Origin: Amoebophrya sp. A120
Lineage: Eukaryota; Protista; Dinoflagellata
Assembly (NCBI GenBank): GCA_905178155.1
Contig: CAJINV010000008.1
Coordinates: forward strand, 2,232,001 to 2,296,000
Direction of reading: 5' to 3'
DNA: 64,000 nucleotides
The position numbers were made by a program, and so were the translations under genes. Every line of letters begins with the position of its first letter. Position 1 is the stretch's first letter. Shown piece after piece: positions 12,201 to 22,731 of the stretch. Below the pieces are notes generated by a model. That model did not search any database. It was given only the letters and a program-made list of their open reading frames with translations, and had not been told where the DNA came from.

Positions 12201-14020
12201 GATTGCACATCAGAACCCGCATCCCCCATCATTTGTTGAGTATCTATGCATTAGAATAGCATGAAATTGTTCATGCGTAACGATCGAAGCTTAAGCTTTC
12301 ACTTTAATTATTACCAGAAATTTAGCGCATGTGGCAAGAAACACAAGAAAGGAATTTATTATCCACGTGCTTGTCCTCGTTAGAGACTCCGGCCCGTGGT
12401 TTTTACTAGGCTTCTGCACCTTGTCAAATGCAGTGTGCTGCAGTTAGAGAGCAATAAGGACAACGGGAGTCCGAATGATGGAGGGGAGGCAGAGTTGTGC
12501 ACTCTCATAGCGTGAGGAATGGAACGGAGACGTCCAATTGTGGTCGTCGAAGAGGACAGGAAGTGGCACCCCGGCAGGTGGAGGTGACGCGGCCGAAAAT
12601 AAAGTGGAAGACGGCACAACAACCATCGGCGTTGGTGTAGTCGAAGCGCATGGGAAAAATCAGGAAGCCGGAGAGGTTGCTGAGGGTACAAATAAAATGT
12701 TGTCCGAAGCAGGGCCGGATGAGGTAACCGGAACAAGAAGTCGAAGCGCTTCTTTATCATCGCGTACTACTAGTACTATCAAAAATATAAGTAACCCGAT
12801 GGACATATCCTGAGTAAAAACGTACCCACACCAGAGTCACCACGGGGATTTTGCAACACAAGCCTAGGAGTTTTGTGAGTCACGCATGACAAGTTGCACT
12901 CTGCAGTGTAGTGCAGGTTAGCAAGTGCAGCCGCATCACAGATTCATCTGCTCATCCTGTTCACAGCATCACAAATTCCAAAACACGATTGGAAATGGCT
13001 CTCATGCGGATGCGCATTACAAGTCTTCCTGTCTTTGCAAATCTGCATCACAACTCTGGCGTGGGTACGTTTTTACTCAGGATAGGACAAGATGCTGACC
13101 CGGCACTACCCGAAAAAAAACTCGGTCATCATCTTATCAACTGCAAAAGTGTCTGGGTCTGGAAGAATGCAAGTTTGTTATGCTTGTCTCACATGATTCT
13201 TAAATTTGTCATGCACATTACCCAAGAGCCCCATTTTGCTGTCATGCAGAAACGCAGTTTGTCATGCAGATTAGGCAACACCTCTAAGCTCAAAAGCTTG
13301 TCATGCTGAGCCAGCATTTGTGGCCTCTTCATGATACGCCACCCAGCATCACAAGTTTCCAGACCCAGACACTTTTACAATCCATACATCTTCAAGACGG
13401 ACGAGGAATCCTTCCACGGGGTGCCGGACGTGTTGCTCAATCCGGCAAACTATCAAGTGTAAAAATGTCTGGGTCTGGAAAGTTGGAACTTGTGATGCTA
13501 ACTTTGGAAACTAAAAAAATCTGTATTGCATGACCAGCAAGAGGAGCCACATTTGTGCTACGCGAGGAGGGCATTTGTCATGCGGAAATGGCATCAGGAA
13601 GCTTTCCAAAAATCTGTGATGCTGGGTCATGTATTACAAGCATCATGGGTCATGTCAGACAAGCATGACAAGCCTTCCATTCTTCCAGACCCAGACATTT
13701 TTACACTTGATACAAACACGACCAGAAACACCATCACCTACTACTACCTCTCCGACCTGCAGTCAACCTCGGATCTAAAGAAACAGGGCGCGCTCTCCGA
13801 CGGGTTTCGCGCGAAGGCCACGTACTTTCAGCGGCCGACCGAAAACGTGGACGAGAACTTGCAGAAACTGTTCCAGATCCGCAGCAAACGAAGAATCGAG
13901 CAGAGCGACTTGGACGAAATTTTGGGCAAAGATTGGCACTACAAGGATTCGCTGCCCGAGGGACGGGGGCGAGTATTCAGCGACGAGGCGAAAGTGGAAA
14001 AAGAGAAATCCGAACTATGA
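9208..14020 (+). CDS. Membrane-anchored 2OG-Fe(II) oxygenase (prolyl-hydroxylase-like), about 10 exons
   Basis: N-terminal hydrophobic stretch. Spliced motifs FVVVHDFL, WFMYSNPLEVK, HGGGLHAMPRGGRLNMHLD (HxD), RRLNVIFFLNDEWREEWNG, FKTDEESFHG (distal His), RNTITYYY. First intron (~9790-9995) boundaries unresolved. Confidence 0.85.
10503..10823. mobile_element. Introner family B
   Basis: TSD TTTCG. Confidence 0.9.
10871..11150. mobile_element. Introner family E
   Basis: TIR ...GGGTACGTTTTTACTCAGGATA; TSD CCGAG. Confidence 0.85.
11333..11673. mobile_element. Introner family D with internal 27-bp tandem duplication
   Basis: TSD GTCCA/GTCTA. Confidence 0.8.
11880..12088. mobile_element. Introner family D
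   Basis: TSD ACGGG; diverged reverse complement of 42028-42236 (both 209 bp). Confidence 0.9.
12196..12509. mobile_element. Degenerate introner
   Basis: TATCCGATTGCACA...TGTGCACTCTCATA; TSD GCGGG/GCGTG. Confidence 0.7.
12806..13084. mobile_element. Introner family E
   Basis: TIR TATCCTGAGTAAAAACGTACCCAC.CCAGAGT; TSD GGACA. Confidence 0.9.
13135..13386. mobile_element. Introner family A
   Basis: TSD CATCT. Confidence 0.9.
13451..13712. mobile_element. Introner family A, near-identical to 2124-2385
   Basis: TSD CAAAC; same 262-bp length. Confidence 0.92.
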
Positions 14021-15280
14021 CTTATAAGCGGCGAGTCGTAGTCATTTGTATTTCGGGTATAATTTGTTGTTGTGAACCACTAGTGCCAGCTCCGTCGTGA
14101 TGTACTTGTATTGTAGTGGATGCGCCGAACTAGAACTCCTATCCATTTTATTCAGAAAAACTACGTTTGTTCATGGAAGCCGCTACGATGGACCACTACG
14201 TGGACCATTCATTCTATCTCCTGAAGCTTTCCGATTTCTGATTCTCTTTCTCGCCTTATTTCAGAAACCCTCCCTGAAGTTCTTGACGTTCGCGCGGGAG
14301 CCCGATGCGCTTGACTATTTCAGCAACCAACTGGAAAAGATCGCGATTCTAAGTTTCCGTGAGTGGACGAAGCAAAATGCATGCGCATGAAAGGAGTAGG
14401 AATTTTTTGTGTTAGGAGCATCACGTTTGAGTTTTTACATTTAGCTAGTCGCGGCACTGAAAGATCGCAATTGAGTTCTTCAGATCAACATGAGAAACGA
14501 ATTCTCTGATGAAGTTTCTTCCGACTACCGCCTTCTTCGTACGTATTGCTTGTGCAGACGATTTCTCTAGGTCCAGTGTTCGATATCTCGATATCATCAT
14601 GGATGATGCTTTCTTGGCCCACTACTTACGGTGCCTAAGTGAGTAGCTGAATTTCGTCGACTACCGGAGCCATGCGGCGGTCACTTCTGGTCGTTCTTGA
14701 ATAAAAATTCGTTGCTTTGTTTTCTATGCTTTTTGGTTTTGGAGGATGAAGTGATCGTCATGATAACAGTACACAAACACACTAGTAGGATCTATTGGTC
14801 CACTTTTCAACATCGTCGCGAACGGAAAATTGGTCGTGAGCAGATGAAGATCCTTCATCTACTTTTTCCCTATCGATTTAAGCGTGATCGTCATCGTCAG
14901 CATTTCGTTTCGAAATCAATCGCTCATTCGTGTTGTCGCTTCTCTATTCCCATTTTGGTCGTTCCAAAATGACATGATCGTTGTGTAAGAGGGAGAGAGC
15001 CCTCCTTGGATACCTCCTTGAAGCGTCCAGACCAGTAAGCCAACATCGGATATCCGGTTCGCCAAAAATTATTTCGTGGTGTCCACCTAGCCGTCGTGTG
15101 TATGATCCCCGGCAAAGCATGCATCGTATTCTTCCAAAGAAGCATACTGTATAGGACAACTAGAAAGTCGTGCTAGACTAAGTTCGTCATGATCATTTTT
15201 GCTAAAGTGCACATGGATATGGGAAATTGTATTAATGGGTCGTCCTCACATCACAGCATCGCGGGCGGTGATTGTTCACA

Positions 15281-18200
15281 ATGACGATGACATTCGGACA
15301 TCACACGCCTGATGCCGAATTGCTAAAGAATGACCCCGACCGTATTGCGGCGAGCGAGAGTTCCTGCGACGAGCCTTCATACCTTCTATCCACGATGTTC
15401 CTCGATACCGTGGTAGCGTTTGCGCTGTTTCTCATTTTCCAGGCCCACCAACAGGGAACGGCAACTCTCACTTTTGCGTTCCTTTTCGGTAGCTTGGTGC
15501 TCTCGAGAGTCATTCGCCCAAAACGGCGGGGAAAGGTACTACCTAAGCGTGGTTCTGACTGATCTTATTTCCTTTTTTTGATTATGAATGTAAAAAATGT
15601 TGAGAAATGTGCGCAGTCTTACACTTCGCCGCAGGAATGTTGCGCCATGTGTTTTCTCCCTATAATTGTGTCTGTGGGCAACTTGAGTAACATTATCCTA
15701 CTTCTTAAGTAACATTATCCTGTCTGCGAGGTAACGTCATCAAGCGCTTTCCTTCAAGACGACGAAAACAACAATGCGAACTTGGGAAAAGAAACGATCA
15801 AGCACGGTCGCGAGAATCATTTTTCCAGAGCTAGAGGTCAGCAGCAGGACATCACATCTTCAGGGAGGAAGAGCGATGACACCAACCCGCGTGTGTCTTG
15901 TGCTTCCCGGATAACGATTGCGCTCATCTTGTTTGCGATTTGTATCGCGCTTGCGATACCTCCGGAAGGACATACTACGAGTCTTTGGGCAACACTTTTC
16001 GAAGATCCTAAGCAGCTGCAGGATAGAACGACATGGTCGTCGTTCGTAACAAAAGAAGCAGAACGAGACGCTGGCTCGGAAGTAGTCGATAGCATAATAC
16101 CGCGCGTGATTCGCAAACTGGGTTCCGAAAGGGAAGAAAAGAGAAGATCACTTTCGGTAGGCGATGAGGAGAACAACGCTGAAAAACTACCCGATGGGAA
16201 CAACTTCGAAGACGGCCGCAGTTTTTACGCCCGCATGAAGCAAACGCTTCTACCTGATATTGGTACGTTCGTCGAAGATGACAAGAATAGAGCTGCGAAG
16301 CCTCCTGAAATCTCGAACCCGAGCGAAGTGAGGAACGGCGAGTCTGGCGACGCGACGGGGCCAGAGGATAGCGATCGAGCTGGTGGGGCAGACACCAATA
16401 CGAACAGAACCAAAGATGACAATACCAGCTTTCTTGCATCGACTTCAGTGGAACTGCCAGTGAAGTTACACGCTAATTACACGTACGTATCAAAATGGAA
16501 AATGCCCCGCCCGTAGAAGGAGGTGTAATTGCTTGTACATGCAAAGTTTATTCCAAAGGAGTAGGGAACTAAGTTTTCGGTTCGCATGGAGGGACTGTGA
16601 ATCTGTTTGATCCAACGCAAATCTCCAAGGAGAACAAACTAGCCTGCACATGCATCCGGCGTCCTCAGCATGTAGTTGCTGGGCCCTGACCCATGCATGG
16701 CCCGACCGTGGTCTATCCTCACATACAAGGCGGCGCTGTGCTTGTTGGGGCGTCGTCTGACTTTTGCATTCTGCAAGCATATATTTCAAACTTAGGGGTA
16801 GGGGCACCTGTTTTCATTTTGATACTACGAGGAGTTTCGCAATAAAACTGTGTCGATCGTAATTCCGACCAAGTTCGAGGAGGCGTACATCGTGAAAACT
16901 ATCAAGTACATCTACGAAACGACACCAATAGAGCTGCTGGAGGAGGTTATTATTGTGGACGACCTCTCCCCCCAACCAGTTTTGCCGCTCTTTGAGGACG
17001 CCTTTCGCGACAAAGACTACTGGATACTACACCCGGATGGACACGAAGTCGGCGGCGTGAACACAGGAGATGAAGGACATCAAGTCGTTGCCCGCCCTGA
17101 AGTAGAAGGAGAACACCAGATCCAGAGCTCGTCCAGCAGTGCTAGCGGCGCTGCAGCAACATTCAGCAGCTCGTCCTCCGTGACCGACGTGATTAATTCC
17201 GCGAGTTTCACGGGCCATGTGCACGGCGACCCTAACTCCACTTCGAGCAGAACCACAACGCTGGCAACCAGCATGGAAGCGCTACTGGTGAATGCAACGT
17301 GGGGACCTGTGACGGCGTCGACTACAACTAGCTTGTCGCGCGTCAAAACGAACTACACCGGTTTTTTGTCGTTTCTCACCTCGGAACAGCGGAGCACGTT
17401 GAAGATCCTGCGCAACGAGTATGAAGGCCTCAGAATGGAAATCCTCAAAGTGGAAATAATTTCTGACGCATGGAATGCGACGGAAAAAAGACTGTATTGC
17501 AGAAAACCCAATGGAGGCCGACTATTGTCCTGCTAGGGGTGAAGAATTGGAGTGCAGCTTAGCATGAGAGAAGGGCACCCCTTTGCCTTAACCTGCATGA
17601 CAGACATGCTTTAAGTGCCCGGGAAATTTGTCACGCGCCGACTACAAATGGCGCTTCAACTGGAGTTGTTTTTTTGCATTACAAATTATTTCCACTTTGA
17701 GGATTTCCAATCTGAGGCTTTCATAACGAGGTGCACCAGGGTTTGATCCGCTCGAAGATCCAGGGGGGACACATTAGCTATCAACTGTAGAAATGTCTGG
17801 GTCTGGGAGAATCCAACTTGTCATGCTGATTTTCGATTCTAAAAAAATCTGTATTGCATGAGGAGCAAAGAGATTCCAAGTTTTGCTACACGGAAAGAGC
17901 ATTTGTCATGCGGTATAGGCATCAGGAAGCCCTCACAAAATCTGTGATGCTAGGGCATGCATCACCAGACATCAGGAGCAGTCATGCAAAATGTGCATGA
18001 CAAACCTGGCAATCTTCCAGACCCAGACACTTTTACATTTGATATTAGCACGGGCAGCCACATCTTCTTTCTGGACGGCCACTGTCAACCCTACAAGTTC
18101 TGGCTGGAGCCGCTGCTGCGCCGCGCGTTGGAAAACGACCAACGCATCGTCCTGCCACTGGTCGGAGACATCAACGCCACGAATCTTGACAAGTGGGCCC

Positions 18201-20836
18201 CGATCGGAACCAGCGGCGGCGCGAAAATGATGTTCGAATGGAATTTCGAATTCGACTGGTTTGACGACGGCGGTGACGACGTGCCCATCATGAGCGGCGG
18301 GCTCCTGCTCATGAGCCGCAAGTGGTGGGACCTAGTTATGGCGTTCTCAACTGTTACATTCTAAACTGTTACATGGATTTGTCATGCAAAAACACCATTA
18401 TCATCCTCACGATCAAGCTGCTCCGCATGACAAATTTGCGGAGGGCTCACTAGCACTATAATCCGTCCCAAATCTGTAATGCAAAAGGCGCAATCTTCCT
18501 CCTTTCACTTTTGCCCTTCTTGCATTACAAATTCGTGTAACAGTTCAGAATGTAACATTTGAGAACGCCATACTAGTGGGAGGCTACGACGACGGCATGG
18601 CGGATTGGGGCGGGGAAAATATCGAACAGAGCATATCAAAATGAAAAATCCCCCCTCCCCATATCAAAAAAGAAATTTGTGATGCTGATTTGTGACCACA
18701 AATCAGCTTTGTATTGCAGAGAGGCACTGCGGCCAGCTCCCCAGGCTAGGTAGGGGCGTATGGGTCTAGTAGTTCAGCATGGCTAACGGCCCTCCTTTAG
18801 GCCCAACAGCATGACAAATCGCTTCCATAATGGGGCGGAAGCTTCTGCCCTTGTCTTCTTGCAAGACAGATGTGATTTGTGACCTCAAATCCGCAACACA
18901 AATTTTTGGAACATACCATTTCAATAGGGGGAGGGGGGATTTTTCCTCTCAATAAAGCATGCGCACCTGGATCTGCGGCGGCGAGGTGGTGGTGGAGCGG
19001 AACAGTTTAGTCGGCCACATTTTCACCCGGTAGTGCACTTTGTTTCTTCTTCATCAATGAAAAATTATCGAGTTGGTTGTACCATGCGCAAGTGCAGGCT
19101 TGGAAAGCAACATGAGTATTCTGGGTCTTTTTGTTCAGCTGCACAACTGAAATACTAAATGCGTCAGGGATTGGGATACATACTTTACTGTTTTTTTGTT
19201 TAATGCGGAAAAGTACGCGCAGCTCTGATGTCCTTGGAACTGAAAACATTACTTCGTTCTTTGCGTCCCAGGCCCGCGAACCCGAAGAAAGTTCGGCCAA
19301 AATCCGTGGAGCGGAACAAAGCGCGGGCTGCGTACGTATGGCTGGACGAGTCGTACGAGAAGCATTTTCTGCCGGAGCAGGATATCTTGCAGAAAAGTAT
19401 ACCCATACGAGTGTCATAGCGAATTTGTGTTTCTGTTTTCCTTTGACAGACCATAGGAGAGGCCGACGTTTTTTGTGATGTACAATACTTACAGTTTGTT
19501 CGTAATGATAATGTATCCTGCAGTTTGGTGAGTTGTAGTAGTAGAGAAAACTTTGTAGTCTGTTGTCATGCTGCACAGCCAAAAAGAGCCGCAGCACAAA
19601 TTTATTTGTCTTCTGGTATGCAGCTTCTAATACAGGACGAACGAAGCTTGCGCTAAATTGTTTTCTGGTATGGGTGTACTTTTCTGTGGAGTACAGGAGC
19701 ACGCTCGGAAAATGGACTTGGGGAACTTCTTGCTCACCCGCGTGCTCTTTCGCCACGAGTTCCCGACCTGCAACGAGCGGACCTTCGACTGGTGGTTTTC
19801 CGAGAAGTTCTACCACGTCTTCGAGACCCGCGGCCTGGTCCTGTCGGAAGCCCACCACATTCGCCACACGGTCTCCGCGCTCTGCCTGACCGGAAAAGAC
19901 AACGGCAAGGAGGAGCTTGCCACCGTGCACCTGCAGCCGTGCGACGCCTATAACCAACACCAAAAGTGGTCGCTGATCACCAACGCCACACGGCTCGTGA
20001 ACCACAAGCTGAAAAAGTGCCTGGACCGGGGGAACGACGAGAAGCGCAAGACTCCAATCCTGTACCAGTGTGACCACACCAACGCCAACGCGAACCAGAT
20101 GTGGACCTTCGGGAAGCAAAAGTGGGCGCCGAAGCAGGGTGTCCGCTTCAACAACCACGTCGATAACGAGCACGCGTTTGTGCACGAAAACAAGGTGCTC
20201 TACACCGGTGCCATCGTCTCGGATTTGAATAGCAAAGCCTTGGCTGTGTCGGTGTCCTCGTTTCGGCCGCTGAAATGCCTTACGTGGAGCGACTCGGCAG
20301 ATAAGCAGGACTACGATCTGGAGGAGCACACCATCGACGACGTCTTCAATGTGAACACGGACACGCTCGATTACTACGATAAGCTGGCGGCGAAAGTCAT
20401 GCGGCGCCGCACCGCGAGAATCGTGGCGTCGCAAAATAACAGGAGCCATCCCTTGAGTAAAGGGGACGGCGTTCTTGACAGTCCTGCAGACCATCTTCGT
20501 CAAGATGCAGCGAACAGCGGGGCTTCAGCTGCTGGTGGACAACTAGTGCAGCCGGATGGTCGTGGTGGTACAGCGGAGGATGGACTGATAGGAACGGCAG
20601 ACGAGGAACCAGGACCTCTCGGAGAGCACGAAGAAGATGAGCAGATGAGTGAAAGTGACAGAGAATACCGTAAACAGAACAAGAACTACGACGCAGTACT
20701 TCGGCGGAGCGATAGCGAGGAGGAGACAACGGAGCCACCACCCACTGACGAACCTGGAATGGTGGAGTGTGCCGGAGTAGGCATTGCAGACGTGTCTTGG
20801 TCTGGAACGTGTGGTGCGCGAAATTTGCATTGCTGA
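15281..20836 (+). CDS. Polypeptide N-acetylgalactosaminyltransferase (GT27) with C-terminal ricin-B lectin domain, copy 1
   Basis: SIVIP, EEVIIVDD, GLIRS, FLDGHC (DxH), WLEPLL, GGYDDGM.DWGGENIE.S.R.W.CGG, VGHIF, VWLD and QxW repeats. Six introners plus GT-AG introns 15536-15730 and 19030-19271. Confidence 0.9.
15536..15730 (+). other. Canonical GT-AG intron (phase 0)
   Basis: AAG|GTACTA...GCGAG|GTA; joins ORF 15272 to the 15782 frame. Confidence 0.6.
16488..16824. mobile_element. Introner family F
   Basis: TATCAAAATG.AAA.TGCCCC / GGGGCA...TTTTCATTTTGATA; TSD GTACG/CTACG. Confidence 0.8.
17420..17725. mobile_element. Introner family C-like
   Basis: TIR TATGAAGGCCTCAGAATGGAAATCCTCAAAGTGGAAA; TSD ACGAG. 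Confidence 0.9.
17779..18044. mobile_element. Introner family A
   Basis: TSD TTAGC. Confidence 0.9.
18337..18572. mobile_element. Introner family G
   Basis: TIR TATGGCGTTCTCAA.TGTTACATTCT; TSD CTAGT. Confidence 0.9.
18634..18954. mobile_element. Introner family B (reverse orientation to 1583)
   Basis: TSD GAGCA/AAGCA. Confidence 0.9.
19030..19271 (+). other. Canonical GT-AG intron
   Basis: GTAGTG...CCCAG; joins VGHIFTR to PANPKK, collinear with the paralogue. Confidence 0.8.
19383..19693. mobile_element. Introner family E-like
   Basis: CAGAAAAGTATACCCATAC / GTATGGGTGTACTTTTCTG; TSD CAGGA. Confidence 0.85.
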
Positions 20837-22731
20837 ACGAGCGTGGTGCTAGAAATATGCATGAAATTGGTATGACTATGATTCTTCTTGCTTCTTAATG
20901 CATTATGGTGCTTCACGCAGCTACGGTATATACAAGTTCAACTTCTTATTTCTAAAGCAAATTCACCTTTATATATATTGATATTCATATTCTCATCCGT
21001 GGCCGTGCCACACGCGAAGTAAAAACCGCTTAGAAATAAGGTCCACCAGGGCTGGCTGCCCACGGCAGTCAGTTTCTCATCGATGATGAATTTGCAGTAC
21101 TTATGACCACGAGAACTTTCCACCCCCAGGCAGGTTTGCAATGCATACGGAGAGAGCGATGCACAGTTTGCCGAATATTTGTTCGATATTATTTGGTAAA
21201 TGCCACTGCCAGCATGCCCATACCATTGCTGCGGAGGGCAGGGCTGCTGAATTTCCGGCTGAAGCATACGACTTTACCGAGTTTTTGTATGATGAGGAAC
21301 AAAGATGACGTCTGCGGATGCGGATCTCGTAGAGTTCAGACTCACTCGTAATGTACTTGCGCAGTAACTAATGTATGACATGCCGTGAAGACCGACGAAA
21401 GTGAGCCGTCTTACATTTACCCTCGTATCTGCTCGGATTCGGATGCCGCTATCTGTAACACTGTGCAAGGTTATCGTGTACCCTCAACCTGTATCTATCA
21501 ACGTAGAATGAACATCAAAATGTACTAAGTGTTATTCACGAAAACAGATTGCTTTGACCCTGAGTGAGGGTCTCTACCCTTGAAATGTTTCCTAACCATG
21601 TATGATTCTTTACTTACTGGAATTCGAGCCTGACTCTGCTGCGTTGCAGCTGTATGTTAGGCGTTTCACCACGCGAGTGAAGAAATAAACTAAGGCACAT
21701 CTGCTTCGGTGGAAAGCGCTCTTCATCAGGTGTGTCAACCGCGTGCGCCCGGTGGTCGTGTTTCTTTGGTTCCGTTCCTTTCCGTTCCGGGTGAACTTCG
21801 TGCTCTTCCAAAATCAACCGAGGGTCGTAGCGTACAAAGATATCGCCTGCAAATAAGTACTTACACGACCAGAAAAGTTCTATGAACCTAAGAACTGTAG
21901 TCATGATGGAGCGATGGCGTAACAAAGCGGGCACTAGAGATCGTTTCGTAGCACTTGCAGTGCGTCTTATCATGTGTATGTAGTGTGATGTGCGCGTTAT
22001 CTTCGCCGTTTCTTCATACGTATGCTATCTTGCATCCTGTGTGGATCGCATTCGTGGACATGAGCGTTCAGATGCGTATCCACGACGCAAGTTTCTATGG
22101 TGAGGACATGGCAGAGAGCCTTGCGCAAGTAGACATATAGAATACTACAGAGTCATCTTCCTTTTCCTATGGTGCTGCATAGTACACTAACCAGCTAAAA
22201 AGTTGTGCACAGAACCGTTCTCAGTTTCGTGTTTTTGTTGAAAGGGTACACACAGGCACGGTACTGGAATATCACCTGCATAAGGGAATTACAAGAACAG
22301 AGTTTTCAATTCTAGATGACAAAAGATGCTGCACCCTACTGTCGGTCGAACAGATGGGCAAGGAAAGCTGAAATCTATGCAAAATTATCATTCCAGCGCA
22401 TTCGAGGAGCACGAGCCACAGCCTCTTCGTTCATTTCCAACACCGTGTCCCCGAAGACCTAACGGTAACGCTACAAGTGGATGGGATAGTTTTTTGTGAC
22501 AGTATTCCTGACCCTGCTGCACGTCTACCAGCGCTGCACGCTTGAGCATGTTCGAAGTCGAGGAGGAACTAGCACCAGCCTTTGCCGGAAAATAAGTCGA
22601 CTCTTCTTTTGTATGCAAGAACTAAGTAAGTGCAAGCACTGACTTGCTCGACTACTTCGACCACGGCCGACATCTGAACGTCGATTCGCTGTTGTTCTGT
22701 CACTCCACGGTGGAGCAAGGGCACAAGGAAA

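Noticed and set aside
14097-15200. Short ORFs between the oxygenase and GalNAc-T1
   Set aside because: No motifs, no introner-supported joins and no clear coding bias.
19007-20503. 498-aa minus-strand ORF (also 45891-47006 and 61339-62379)
   Set aside because: Antisense shadows of GC-rich + strand coding sequence.
20940-22620. Possible minus-strand gene fragments (also 218-562 and 28560-29090)
   Set aside because: Protein-like patches, but no recognisable domain or consistent exon chain, so not reported as features.
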